A DNA stretch of 64,000 bases from Lingula anatina (GCA_051362555.1 CM120641.1:32060401-32124400); one strand, 5' to 3'. Positions 1-13,379 are shown, numbered from the stretch's first letter. The notes: generated by a model not told the origin, from the sequence alone. Made by a program: numbers and translations.

Positions 1-1149
1 AGAGCTTCAGGTGGATGGGAGCTGAAAATGCCAGTGTTTGAAAAATAAATTAAAAAGAAAACACAACAAAAATATCCCATTAAAGCTGCTATTCAAACTT
101 TTAATCTTGCTGTAATAACATGATATGAATAACCCCAATGTGTTTGAGGATAATAAGGCACTGTTATTCAAATTTTTTTCTTTTGTTAACTTATTTGCAA
201 TATTAAACAACATTTACCTGCATAATTATCACAGATTCCTAATTATGTGACACAGTTAAGAGAGCTTAACCTATGGGACTTTACTGGGAAATCTCAACGT
301 GTGTTTTATGTAATCTTATTTAATGGGCACTTGGAAATTAATTAGGCAAATAGCTCTGAATTTAGCTTGTGACTACCCAAAGGGACAATTACCACCATCC
401 ATAAACAGTAGCCCCATATAGCACTCTATGGAGCTGCATTGCTTCCAGAACAGAAAACAATCACTCTGATTTTCCAACACAAACTGCAAGTCAGTCTTAC
501 AAAACTTTTCAGTAAGTTTGAGTATCATAAGTAACATGGTTTTTCCTTAATGGTCATTCCGGCAGCCATTTCCAAAATAGGGTTTTCTTCAACTTTTATG
601 CAATATAACATAATGACCATCAATTTTTAATAATAAAATAAAAGTATCATGGATATACAGAAAATGTGACATGGAAAGGTCTTCAAGGCCATGGAAGTTC
701 AGAGTCACACTTTCAAAATGCCAAAATGTACCTGTATACAAGAGATAACTGTATTGAATTGATTTTCTTCCATTTTCAACACCTTTTTTCCATATAACAA
801 AGTAATCAATTTACTGTCATTTTTAAATGAACAACTGAGAAAATTGTTGACATAGGAAAAATATCAATAGAACAATTTTAAATGTCCAGTTTGCTCCATT
901 CTGAGATTCTGAACATGGTGAATGATTGAATCTGACAAACTGTAAAGATATGAGTTTATTATTATTTCCATTTTTTGACACTTTATTACACAATTACAGG
1001 TTTACCATCTTTTTTATATAATCAACTAACAATATTGTTAAGATGCAGAAAATGTCAAAAGAACACCTTTACATATCTAATTAGTTCACAGATGAGATTG
1101 TTAACATGCCTAAGAATTAAATCAAAGGAAAAAACACTTATATACAAAA

Positions 1150-1680
1150 AAGGCATAACTTCACCAGAACTGAACCAATGGAGCTTATTTTCGAACTCCA
1201 TCTGTATTTCAGTAAGACTGATCACCCCTGTAAATTTCAAGACAATTGGCCAATTGATTTTCCTTGAAATGCGTTATCGGTATTGCATACATGCTAAAAA
1301 AAGTGAAAAAAGAGCATAACTTCCATAAAAATGGCCCGATCATGCTGATTTTCGAACTTGACCTGTGTATTATGTATATTCATTAGTTCCATAAGTTTCA
1401 AGCCAAAAGGTAAAACGGTTTTTCACTTATCGTGTTATCGGTGTTGCATATATGCTGAAAAAAGTGAAAATACAGCATAACTTCCATATAGATGGCCATA
1501 TCATGCTGATTTTCGAACTTGACCTGCATATTATGAAAGGTCATCAGTTCTGTAAGTTTCAAGCCAAAAGGTAAAACGGTTTTTCACTTATCATGTTATC
1601 GGTGGTCAAAGTGCACGGCGACGACGACAGACGCAGGTGATGGCTACATGTGCAGACACATCTGTGTCTGTACATAAAAA
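1150..1680 (+). mobile_element. Helentron/HINE-like non-autonomous element with 161-bp internal tandem repeats
   Basis: 'catgctgattttcgaacttgacctg' occurs at 1341 and 1502 (161-bp period). It is followed by a GAC/GACA microsatellite (1614-1635), a terminal hairpin atgtgcagacaca-tc-tgtgtctgtacat (1648-1675) and an A-run. This is the known HINE/pearl-type architecture. The 5' boundary is approximate. Confidence 0.6.
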
Positions 1681-3543
1681 TTAAAAAAAAAAATTTACAA
1701 AGGATTTTTCTAAAGGTAAAAGGGAATGACTGTCTCATTTTATTAGTTTTCTCAAGTGCAGCACTAATTAATCCACTTGAAATGATTTATATTGCATTTT
1801 TCAACCATTCTTTTTCCTTTCAAATGATTCATAGGTTTTGTAATCACATGTGATATCTTGAAAAGGTCGCCAGGATATCCACTACTATATATCTATATTC
1901 TTTTTCTATAAAGAAAATTTAAACAGAGTCAGCAACAAACAATGACAGGAGGAGTACTTTATTTTCATATTATCAATTGGACAGTAAAAGAATAAAGCAG
2001 TTACTTTTCACAGGAGTAAAATCAAGTTATGAATCTCCATGGTTCCAATATCACGGTCATCTTTTCCATATACTGAACACAACAGTAATGGGTAGTGTTC
2101 CAGAGATTTTAATCTTATAACTGATTGATCCCCAAGTTTCTTCTGGTTGAGAGATCTAGGGTCTCCTTAGACAGTAATAATAATTCAGCAATCTTAGAAT
2201 AAGTGTGGTAACTTGAAGCAACATGCCACTATAGTTTAGTGTGACTGAACTGTCATTTGTCAATCCAATGGTGCCAATCCTCCTTTCCTACAAAACTGAG
2301 TGAGATTGCCAAGCCTAAGATGCACATTTGTTATGGGGGATTATCCCAAGGTGGCTCTAAGTCCAATAAAGGTTCGCCAGGATATCCACTACTGCGTCTA
2401 CCTGAAGATGGCAGGACAGGCTGTCAAAAGAAAATGTATTAAACATATTTTAAACTTATGTTAATTGCTGTATAAAAACAATGACTAAATAATATACTGA
2501 TCAAACATATTGCATAAGTAAAAACAATGATTGAAAATGAAATCAAATATGCATGATGTAGCTACCAGAATTTCATGATAGAAAGACAGAGTTGGTGCTC
2601 ACATCTGAATCTAATGAATTTGCCTGTGCAATTTCAGGTGACTCTTCTATTATTATCAGTAAGATTGTCCAGGTCAAGGTTCACATCCAGGCCTAGGATG
2701 TAAAATCTGAAAAATAAACATAACATCAATAAATGTTTTACAACAACAGAGGCTTACTGTGTTCAGAATAGAAACTATTGTAGCAGGATCAATCTATCTC
2801 AGCGGAGTATCACACTCAGGCTCAGTCATTGTAATCAGCTTAATTGACTGGCACACCCCCTTGCAAAGCAACATGAACAACATACGTAATGGACTGCAAA
2901 GTCTTCCTGATTTTACTAAAGTACTTCTAGTTGTACAAGTGTTCTGTGTAAGTCTTGAAAATTGAAGCACAGTGTGTTACAAAGTCACATAAAGCTAAGT
3001 GGTTAACTTCAACTTCATTGTAAACACACATAAATCTGCATATGAAACTAAAATATAAAAAACTGACACAAGTAACATCCCCTAAAATGCCAAAACTTGA
3101 AACTGAATGTGTGTTACATACCTTTGATTCTGGGTAAGAAATTTCTAATGAAGCTGTCTACAAGCTGTCTCTTAACTGTTTTTGTTATGATAACACATGT
3201 AACAAAGCCCTAGAATTAAATGCAAAAATATACTTCATAAGTTAGATACACAGTTAATTCTTTTCAGCAGACATATTTACCATGAAATAGAAATCAAGTA
3301 AAATTCTATGAATTGAAATATACCAGAATATCTTTTAATTCTGCTTAATATTCTTTATATTACTTTAAAATATTCAAACTTATTATTTAAACTGGTCTGA
3401 GTTTTTAGTGTATCTGATTCTAGTATATTTATGCCACCACTGGTCAACACAAAGAAAAAGCGGCCATACCTAACAACAGGGTAGGTTATTACTACATAGA
3501 AGACAGTACAGTACCTGAAATAGTGACAGAACCGACTTTGTCT

Positions 3544-3546
<3 letters not shown>

Positions 3547-3585
<39 letters not shown>
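3547..3585. repeat. (TA)n microsatellite
   Basis: Pure TA run. Others occur at ~4531-4575, 11409-11484, 12968-12986 and 30582-30644. Confidence 0.95.
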
Positions 3586-3588
<3 letters not shown>

Positions 3589-3856
3589 CACTTACCTTAC
3601 AACAAACATCCAGAGCTAAATCAATGAGCTGGCTATATTGAGGCACCCAAGCCTGACAACAGTCTGAAGTGGTTCAGCAAAAAAAAACAAAAAACAAGGC
3701 AGCAAAGCTGTCAAATGTACAGACAAAAAACAGAAAATAAAGATATAAAAAAAAAGTCATTTTGTCAATTTTGATGCAATAATAAATAATGCTTATAATA
3801 GCACTGTCAGTCAACACTGAATTTTAATCATGCACAACAGGTAACATGGTCAATAA

Positions 3857-4020
3857 CAGGAGCGGACCCTGAGATATTTTCTAACAGTATTCCAAAGTAT
3901 CTATGTTGATCCATCCTCCATTTTGATGGTCTTCCAACAGAAAAAAATAGATACCAGTCAATATAAACTTAATAACCTGTCTTCCAGAAGACCCAGAAGA
4001 TGGTCTCAATCCACCCCTTC
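3857..4020. mobile_element. ~165-bp MITE with CAGG-type termini and 5-bp TSD; same family as 29368-29538, opposite orientation
   Basis: Reads caggagcgga...tccaccccttc flanked by AATAA on both sides. The body is a diverged reverse complement of the 29368-29538 element. Confidence 0.7.
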
Positions 4021-4251
4021 AATAAGATTACAGTTTCAGGACCATGAGAGACCAAAGTCACATGATGAAAGTCTTAATATTTGAAAAATGATGACAGTGC
4101 ATGAAATAATATTATATAATGTTTAAAGACATAAAAAACAATACAACTGCTTATGTGGAAATACAGAAAATGTGCAGAGCCTCGACCGGATACGAGTTAA
4201 AAGTCACAAATGCAAGTGTTTGAGAAAAAATTGTAAAGGAAAACATAACAA

Positions 4252-4484
4252 AACTAGAAAACCACCGAAAGTGCAGACCTCTGCCAAGGCATCAATTGTT
4301 GATTATTATTGATTATTGATTGATTATTGAGCCAGACCACCACTAAAAACTAATCATTGTCCTCTTTGGCCCAATTCTGACAGTTCCTGAAAATTTCAGC
4401 AAAATCGGTCCATAACTTTTTGAGTTATGTTGATGACAGACAAACAGGGGTGAAAATATAACCTCCTTGGCAGAGCCTGAGGTA
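4252..4484 (+). mobile_element. Short Helentron-type (HINE) element
   Basis: Starts AACTAGA. Has subterminal inverted repeats CTCTGCCAAGG (4279-4289) and CCTTGGCAGAG (4465-4475), a GACA microsatellite remnant, and a terminal hairpin acctc...gaggt followed by AA. Confidence 0.65.
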
Positions 4485-4527
4485 AATATAATTTCAATGA
4501 AGCTGCTATTCAAATTTTTAATCTTAG

Positions 4528-4575
<48 letters not shown>

Positions 4576-6384
4576 ACCTGCATAATTATCACTGCTTCCT
4601 TATTATTAATCTAGCAGAGAGCTTAACTTTTGGGAGTTTACAAGGAAATATCAACAAGTGTGCTTTATGTAATCTCCTTTAATGGCCTATCAATTAGGCA
4701 AATGACTTTATAACTCAGAAATTAGCTAAGTGATACCCAAGGGATATTAACAGACTGACCCTCTCAAAGGTCTTTCAGGCCCATAAGTCACATCTTAAGA
4801 AAAGCACAAAACAATAATGCACAAAATAGGAGACTACCAATTCTGATGCAATAATACATTATGTTTTACTGCACAGTCAACATCAAATTTTAATTATGCA
4901 CAACAGGTAACAACGACGAAAGTAAAAGCATAAGGCTTCAGGCCCATCAGAGTTCAAGTTTATACTTAGAAAGTGCCAGAATGAGAAAAATGAAAATTTC
5001 ACACAAAATTGCATAAATTCAATAATAAATGATAACCCAATTGACCTGGCTTTCTAATTTGAACTGCATGCCGATCCTTAAAATCATACTTGTAAGTTAA
5101 AAATAATAATAAGTAACACAGTTTTCTTTTCATAATGTTTGCAGTAGCAATGCAAAAATATTGTTGTCAATTTTGATGTAACATTACATAATAAATTATA
5201 GAATAATTATCACCAATTTTTGATTATTGACAATAAATAGCATGGACATGTAGAAAATTTGATCACCATTCGGCTTCATGTCCATGGGAGCTCCGAGTCC
5301 CACAATGAATATGCCAAAAAGATAATGAATATTTCACTCAAATGTATAACTTCCAGAAAAAGAAGCCAATTAGACTGCTTTTCCAACTCATTCTGCATTT
5401 CAGTCCTGTGTTTCTTTTTTAAAGGTTTGACAGTCATAACACGGTTTTCCCATAATGGTCATCATGGCAGCAGCACCAAAAATTGTGTTTTCTTCTATTT
5501 TGATGCAACATTACATAATGCTTAACAGTATAATGACCATCAATTTTTAATAATGGAATATTAGTAACATGGACATTCAGAAAACATGACAAGCAAAGGT
5601 CTTCAGGATCTTGGAACTTCAAAGTCACACCTTGAAAATGCCAATAAGTGAAAAATTAAATTTTCACAAAAAACTGTTTAACTGCCAGAAAAAATTAACA
5701 AACAGACTGCATTGCCTACTGAAGCTGTATTTTAGCCCCATGTTTCTTTCCTGTAAGTTTGAAAACAGTAAGTGACATGGTTTTTCTTAAATGGTCATCA
5801 TGGGAGCAGTGCCCAAAATAGGGGTTTCTTCAAATTTTGATGCAATATTACATAATGTTTAACAGCATAATGACCATCAGTTTTTAATAATGGAATATTA
5901 GTCACATGAACATTCAGAAAACGTGACTAGCAAAGGTCTGCAGGCTCATGGAACTTCAAAGTCACATCTTAAAAATGCCAAAATGTAAACAAGACAGCAC
6001 TGTTCTGAAATGGGTTTATTTCCATTTTAACATTTTTTTAACATAAAACAAAATAAACAGTTTGTTGCCATTTTTATATGACCAACTAAGAAAATTGATG
6101 AGATGGGAAAAATATCAATAGAACAGTGTTAAATGTCCAATTTCCTCCATTCTGAGATTCTGAACATAGTGGATGATTGAATCTGACAAACTGCAATGAT
6201 ATGAGTTTATTTCCATTTTAGACACTATATTACACAATACACGATAACAAGTTTACCATCATTTTTACATAATCAATTAACAATGTTGTAAAGATGCAGG
6301 AAATATCAAACAAACACTTTTACATATCTTATTAGTTAAATAATGAGACTGTTAACATGCCTAAGAATTGAATCTGAGGAAATG

Positions 6385-9300
6385 TGAAAAAACAGCATAA
6401 CTTCTAAAATAAAGGCCCGATTATGCTGATTTTCGAACTTAACCTGCATTTTAGTTAGTTTGACTACTCCTGTGAGTATAATGACAATTGGCGTATCTGT
6501 TTTTCTTATATTGTGTTATCAGTGTTGCATATATGTTGAAAAAAGTGAAAAAACAGCATAACTTCCCTAAAAATGGCCCGATCATGCTGATTTTCGAACT
6601 TGACCTGCGGATTATAAATATTCATCAGTTTTGTAAGTTTCAAGCCAAAAAGTAAAATGGTTTTCCACTTATCGTGTTATCGGTGCTGCATATATGCTGA
6701 AAAAAGTGAAAAAACAGCATAACTTCCCTAAAAATGGCCCGATCATGTTGATTTTCGAACTTGACCTGCATATTATGAATATTCATCAGTTTTATAAGTT
6801 TCAAGCCAAAAAGTAAAAAGGTTTTTCACTTATCGTGTTATTGGTGCTGCATATATCCCAGACAGCCTCAGTGATCTGGCCCACGTCTGGCCCAGATCTG
6901 GCAACGTCTGGCAATGTCTGGCAAAAGGTATGGCCCACGTATGGCTTGCCACATGTGGGCCAGATGTGGCAATGTTTGGGCCAGATCTGGCCCAGACATT
7001 GCCACATCTGGCCCAGTCCACATTTGCTCATATGGCCAGATGTCGGCCCAGATCTGGCAATATCTGGCAAAGGTATGGCATGCCAGATGTGGGCCAGATG
7101 TGGGCCAGATCATATTCAAATGGGCCAGATTAGGGCCAGACATGGACCACATATGGCCCAGAATGTTTTTTTTCTCTTTTTTAAAATTATTTTTAATTAT
7201 TCAATAAGATTACTATAAAAAAAGACATACAAGATTCAAGATTCAAGTATTTATTCTGTGCTAAAACCCTAAACAAAGTTATTACACATTATATAACCTT
7301 GCTGGCAACTAACATGTAACAAATTAAGGGTCACTCCTTGTCTTTTTGTACAAAACAATGTATATTTGAAAAAAAAAAAATACACTGCAAAAAGGCAAAT
7401 ATACAGACACAGGAGGAAATGTCACTTACATACATGTAAAGAAAACAGTTATAACAACAATTTTTTTTTCAACACAAAGCTGCTCATCGAATCTGAATTA
7501 ACACAAATTACAAAAATTGTAATTAATTATGCATGTACATGGGGGAGGGGTTTGAGGGGGAAATATTTTTGCACACCTCAACCTAAATAATATTATACAT
7601 TGTCATTTTTAAACTAATTCGAACATATCATTAATAATAATAATCACTAATGAATATAGTTTTGTAATGAATAAATCTTGAATAATGAATGAAAAAACAT
7701 TGTTTTTTTTAGATGATGGTGAGTTATAACAAAATTATAAATAACCATGCAGTAACTGTTTCAATTCAACTTGCATGCTGGCTACAGTACTGTACATACA
7801 TGTAAATTCTGAAAAAAAAAATATGTATACTCCAGCACAGATATAGATGTACAATTAAAAGAGAATTACATGTGCACAAAAACAAACCCCAGTATCAATG
7901 CTTTTGAATTAAATCACATCATGAATCAAATCACTCAATAATTTGAACCAGTTTGCAATGTTTGCGCTTTTTTCAAATCCATAACACTAAGAAATGATAC
8001 ATCCGGCTCCTTTACAAGCTTATAATTATTAAAGGAATAAACCATATGGAACAAGTAACTCTACCAAGTTAACAATAGTTCATTCAAATGTCAAGTCAAA
8101 ACACAACATCCCTTCCTTTCTTGGAGAGAAACGGCCCTTTCAAAACATGTTTATTGACAGTTCAGTCTTTAAAATGTCCTTTCAAACATTTGAAGAATAG
8201 CATATGAACTCCAACTTTTATTCCTTAAACCACACTGAAAATTCTCAAAACTTATCAACTCATATCAAATCCCATGTCCTTTCACTACTACTGGTCTCTT
8301 CCTTTACGTCACATTCAAATGTTCCCTTCACTTTTAAAGGTTTCTCAGACGTGTATGAATAATACTGTTTGTTTTCTAGTCCTCCTCAAGAGCCACATTT
8401 ATTTTTCTTGGATTTCAGCATTCTCCATGTATTTTCATCAATGATATTACAATATGCACCTGAATCTGGTAATACACTGAGATTAACACCGCCTCTATTT
8501 CCTCCATGTCTTCTGTGTATATTGCATTGGTTCCCACACCAAATGTATATGCACTCCTGGATTATCATGTTCAAAGCTGTCATTTACATGAATAATAGTT
8601 TCAGTTTTGCAGACTTTTGCAAAGTGATCCAACGTTCCATGTTTTCTCAGTCAGGGAGTTTCTACTTCGTTTTTCATGTCTAAACTCGTAATGTTTAGAC
8701 TGGCTTGGTTTGTCAAATGACTTCGGTTTCATCATACTCACAGTTTCTGGTGTTCCAATTTCATTCAAAGCGTTAACTGTCTAATGTATATTCATGTTTC
8801 TAACCTGTGTTTGGGAGAGTCCTGAAAATATCTTGTACACCTGTCCCTGCTGAATACAACATTAGCGCGTGTCTCCTCTGACATGTATTTTTAATTTTCT
8901 ATCTTTGTTCATTATTCATGCCGTCCGTTGGTTTTGAAAAGATCAATCTTTTCCGTCAGCGAAGAGGTTAAAACTGTCTAGCCATCGCGTCGAGCGTGAC
9001 CCTAATGTCTCCGGACTTCTGTACGGTTCGAATTCCGTAATTTCACATTTTTCCTCCATTTTTTCAAAGAAAGTTGGCTCACAGTTTTGCACTAGTGTTA
9101 ATACTCGTCTCCGAAATAAATCGCATCACGAATCAAATCACTCAACGAAATGTATCAGTTTGATACGCTTGTGCTTTTTTCATATCCATAACTCTAAGAA
9201 ACGCTACATCCGGGTCCTTGACCGGCTTAGCATAAAAAGCGGAATCTTACAACAGCGGAACGAGTAGTTCAAAAAAGTTTTAGAACAGTGAATTCATTCA

Positions 9301-9928
9301 AATGTCAAGTCAAATTAAACAAATAGCACACTTATGAGGGGACTTTGAAGAAAAGAGAGAGAGATAAATTAAATCAAAATTTATCAAATGACGTCAGTTC
9401 AATGCATTCAGCTCACTGGTCAATAAAAAATAAATAAATAGAAAATAAAAATTGAAAATGAAAGTACCATATCTGGCCCAAGTCTGGGCAGCATCTGGCA
9501 AAATGTGGCATAAATGCCAGACTTTGCCAGACTTGGCCCAGATCTGGCAAGTGTCTGGAAAATGTGGCATAAATGCCAGACTTTGCCAGACTTGGCCCAG
9601 ATCTGGCAAGTGTCTGGCAAAATCTGGCCCAGATATTGCCAGACGTTGCCAGATCTGGGCCAGACATGGGCCAGATTACTGAGGCTGTCTGGGATGCTAA
9701 AAAAAGAGAAAAAACAGCATAAATTCCCTAAAAATGGCCCGATCATGCTGATTTTCGAACTTGACCTGCGTATTATGAATATTCATCAGTTCTGTAAATT
9801 TGAATACAAAATGTAAAACGGTATTCCACTTATCGTGTTATCGCTGAGTGCACGGCGACGACGACGGCAACGACAGACGCAGATGATGGCTATATGTACA
9901 GACACATCTGTGTCTGTACATAAAAAAA
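6385..9928 (+). mobile_element. Second HINE-like element of the 161-bp repeat family, interrupted by a nested insertion
   Basis: 161-bp units at 6422, 6583 and 6744 resume at 9694 after the insert. It ends with a GAC microsatellite, a perfect hairpin atgtacagacaca-tc-tgtgtctgtacat (9893-9920) and an A-run. Confidence 0.65.
6857..9693. mobile_element. Non-autonomous CACTA/EnSpm-like DNA transposon (CCC...GGG termini, 2-bp TSD, 11-bp subterminal repeats)
   Basis: The left end CCCAGACAGCCTCAGTGATCTGGCCCA mirrors the right end TGGGCCAGATTACTGAGGCTGTCTGGG. AT is duplicated (6855-6856 and 9694-9695) relative to the empty unit 'gctgcatatatgctgaaaaaag'. GCCAGA-containing 11-mers form arrays in both orientations at 6875-7160 and 9470-9680. 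No intact transposase. The superfamily assignment is an inference. Confidence 0.8.
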
Positions 9929-11138
9929 AGCACATTCTAAGGACGACCAGCTGCTATGGTCATTTCTTGTGACATTCTGGTGCACACCAATCCTTCTGAG
10001 ATGTACCTAAGCATCTCTAGTGTGTGTTCTTCATAAAATTAAGAAAGCATTATGTTTTAACACTGTAAAGACGATGTGCTTTGCTCCACAGTTGCTCCGG
10101 TGATAATCCTAGAACCCGCCATGTTGAAAATAGGTCACAGAGTTAGCATTGTTATTTTACATTTAGTTTCTACAACATAAACAAATTTAAAAAATGTATT
10201 TTTGCTTCATAAGTTTGTCTGCAGGGCAAACATGATTGTTTTAAGGGCTTTTCACAAACCTATACATGGTTTTGACTTATTAATTTAGTTGAAGAAACAG
10301 ATTAGCATTTCAGTAGTATAAAAATATTAGTTTTTAGACCCTTTTTAAAATTGTTATAGTTCTAATTTAACAAGGTTTAACACAGATTTTATTTCACAAA
10401 ATTCATTTTGCAACCCTTTTCTATCAGCACATACCAAAATTATATGGATACAACCTGCAAAAAAGAAGATGTGTGCATTTAAAGAAGGGGAGGGGGTCAA
10501 GCATACGGAAAACATGCCTTATTAGAATCAACCTTGTGTGGTCATGACAGTGCCCTTTTGAAAAATCTGTACTGGGTATTAAAGGTCTTTCCTTAACCCA
10601 TCATATGGCATACCTAAATAATTCCTTATGATGTACATGATTTTTTAAAATAATATTTAAAATTATAACTTTTCAAGAGCTAAAAAATGCTATATTTTGG
10701 CAAAATTGCGGATAAAAGACCTTCCCCCATATCTCTAAAACTAATGATCCAAAATAAGAAAGCCAGTGGTTCACAATATCTTTCATGTTGATGGTTTACC
10801 ACGCCAAAAATTATTAAAATCTGCTGACCCCCACCTTGCCGCCTTCTGACCGATCTGTTTGGCTTTCTCATGGACGCACTCTTAAATACAGCAAATAAAA
10901 TTAAATAAAGCAGAATTAAATCTGTTTTACGTTTCATTTTGGTCTGATGACATTCAACTGCAGATTCACTGCGGAGCAGTTCTATTTGATTGATGGAAGT
11001 GTAACATGGCCGCTGGTCACTAGAGCCGGTATTGTTGATATGGGTTATATATGAAATCAAGATCGAGCTGGCAATACCGGAATCTAGAACCTAGGGTAGA
11101 AATTTGTCAATTCCTGGCGATTCTTTGTATAAGATCTA

Positions 11139-11369
11139 TACTGACAGTCAATGAAAACGCATCATGTAATTATCAAATAATAGTTTAAGTTCCTTTGGCA
11201 CATTAAGAAAATAACAGTTTTCGTGTGAAATGTGTAGAATATGAAATAGTGGTCAGCCCACTCTATTGTGACCAAACAAGTGCATTTATACTCGTTTATA
11301 TACTTGGAATAGATTCTCGGTAAAAAAGTACAAGAAAGTTTTCTGTTGCGTTTTCATTGACTGTCACTA
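11139..11369. mobile_element. Tc1/mariner-type MITE
   Basis: Perfect 20-bp inverted repeat TGACAGTCAATGAAAACGCA (11142-11161 and 11347-11366), with TA flanks. Confidence 0.8.
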
Positions 11370-11404
11370 TATGGTTCACAATAGATAAAATGTGAACAAC
11401 ACTG

Positions 11405-11487
<83 letters not shown>

Positions 11488-11824
11488 TAAGATTTACTTT
11501 AACATGTTTACAATAGAAATATTTTTTTTAGAATACCATGAGAAGAAGTGTCATTTTTTTTACTATTACTATATATTAAACGAGTAATAATAATTATAAT
11601 TCTGGTAAGAGTGATGCCATATAGTTGGCTGGGGTCTAGGTCAGTGCAAACACTTATGTTTCACTGTTCATACGTTTAAACATTAATTTTTAATTAAAAA
11701 TCTTTATTAAAAACATAATCCACTTCTGATAACTTTCTCATATTTCCTGTCATTCTTTTTTTTTATCTCTTTAATATCTCCCAAAATACTATAGTGTGAT
11801 ACCCTTCGTTTGCAGTGACATTAA

Positions 11825-12326
11825 GGTTGTGCTTGCCTCATTAGAGATTAACTACACCTCCGGCCAGTTAATTACCAAAGGCAATCTAATTTGCATACAA
11901 GAGAAAATGCAATATTTTTCTTAATTTTGAGTTGTGAACACATTTCCCATTATCCTTATAAAACAATGCACCGTTATGATAAAAAATCGAAATATATTTG
12001 ATCGACACGTGCTCTTTATTTACGACATCATTGTAAAAAAAACTTTTCATATCAAAGAGATAAATCACGTCTCCACGCCCAAGTCATAAAATTGTTAAAT
12101 ACCGCCGATAACTACGTTGGACCAGAGTAGGTCAATTTCCTGTATAAAATTCCATATACGATTATCGATTATGGGGGAAGCTAGCAAGAGAAAATTATTA
12201 ACATGCCAGCAAAATATTTGGGACTCTTTGAACCACTGAAGAGCAAAATATATTGAAAACTTTTTAAAGGACGAAAAACTGATCAAACTTTATCCAAACA
12301 CAAAGTAATCACCAAACAGCACCACT
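11825..12326. mobile_element. Possible Kolobok-like MITE (TTAA target)
   Basis: TTAA-GGTTGTGCT...AGCACCACT-TTAA. The TIR is short and imperfect. Confidence 0.35.
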
Positions 12327-13155
12327 TTAATTATGATGGAATTCACATAACAAAAAACTGACTCAAATGTCATATCAAAACGTATAATGTTTTCACACGC
12401 AAAAAGAGCCACTCACATCTCGCGATAAGAACCAGACCAGGAACCCCCGGTCAAACAGGCGCCATCTTCCTACCAATGGCGATTACCGAAAGACGAAAAG
12501 ATACCGTGTACATATGCGTTGAAATCGATCATAATATCACTTTATTTGAGCTTTTTCTTTCATTTTCTTATTCCTGTATCAGTATATAATTTTACATATT
12601 AAGAAAAATTAATTCATTTGAAGAGTCATTTTTATAATTTGCGTATGGTGGCATTATCCTAGTCAACTACATGTATCTAATTTGCCACAAATGTACATGT
12701 ACACAATAACGTAGGTCAAGGTCAGGGCTTGCCTTCATTGTGTTGTTTGTTTTTGTTACATGTACTTGGGTGTGACATGCCATATCCTTAATTTCTTTTT
12801 TAATTTTTTTTTCAAAATGCAATGGGTTATTCCTTGGCTAATTTATACGTTCAGAGAATATATTCAAGTTTAGGGAACTAAAGTTAACACATATTCTAGT
12901 ACTAAGGTGTAATAACTTTTATTTTCGAGGAGGGCAAAAATATACATATTCAGGTACAGCGTAAAGTATATATATATATATATATAATCAAATGCACATG
13001 GTAATTTTGATGAACTAACGGAATAAATAGTCACATCTGAAAGATTTACGGCACGCAGGAATCAGTATGATCTCCTATAAAAGATGTAGAGAGAGACCCA
13101 GGTAGACTGTGAGGAGACCGTTCCTGCCTGCGTGCCCGACCTATAGTCCCTGTAA

Positions 13156-13379
13156 AGCCTAAGTCCCAACTACGTTTTGGACGCACGGTTTTTAGGTTCC
13201 TAGTCCGGCTAGGACGTAGCTAGATCGCTGTTGATCATGTCGAAAAGTTTCTACGTGCTGTTTGCGTCCTCCAAAAGTTGCACGATGGACGTGCTCCTCA
13301 CGCACAAACTCCCACGTTTTCCCCATTTTTTGGGCCGTAGACCACACGTAGCAGCGTACGTTCGGTTGGGACAGAGGCT
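13156..13379. mobile_element. PIF/Harbinger (Tourist-like) MITE, specific to copy 1
   Basis: TIR AGCCTAAGTCCCAAC / GTTGGGACAGAGGCT (13/15 match) with TAA/TTA flanks. The empty site 'gtccttg-tta-gtgagg' is present in copy 2 near 21415. Confidence 0.8.

Larger units (their letters stand above)
430..6400. repeat. Degenerate ~300-330 bp tandem/dispersed repeat array with local segmental duplication
   Basis: The module 'aagtaacatggtttttcc..taatggtcat..ttttgatgcaatattacataatg..catcaatttttaataat..aaggtcttcagg..gtcaca..gaaaatgccaa' recurs near 530-725, 5110-5320, 5436-5645 and 5770-5980, with partial copies near 3770-4080 and 4840-4980. 730-1130 aligns by eye with 5985-6380. Confidence 0.7.
1940..12480 (-). 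ncRNA. Possible spliced lncRNA or smORF transcript (or 5' UTR exons of a gene continuing left)
   Basis: Candidate exon 1 is ~12480-12417, with a YY1-like AAGATGGCG and donor GAT|GTGAGT. Further candidate exons are ~3660-3596 (AAG|GTAAGT), 2706-2603 (tttatttttcag| ... |GTGAGC) and one starting at 2420 (ttttcttttgacag|), with a minus-strand AATAAA at ~1958-1963. No long ORF. The model rests on splice signals only. Confidence 0.3.

Noticed and set aside
893-960. TGA/CTGA-rich motif repeated at ~6143-6210, considered as a C/D snoRNA
   Set aside because: There is no properly ordered C box, D box and terminal stem. It is part of a larger local duplication.
6801-7218. Six overlapping ORFs and a regularly spaced repeat resembling a CRISPR array or repeat protein
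   Set aside because: These are 11-bp subterminal repeats of a DNA transposon. There are no unique spacers or cas genes, and the frames are open only because the repeat lacks stops.
9394-9816. Five overlapping ORFs
   Set aside because: They come from the right arm of the same transposon plus a satellite unit.
10058-10127. Minus-strand AACATGGCG start context (MAGSRIITGATVEQSTSSLQC*)
   Set aside because: It stops after 21 codons with no convincing donor. At most it is a YY1-like motif or TE-derived sequence.
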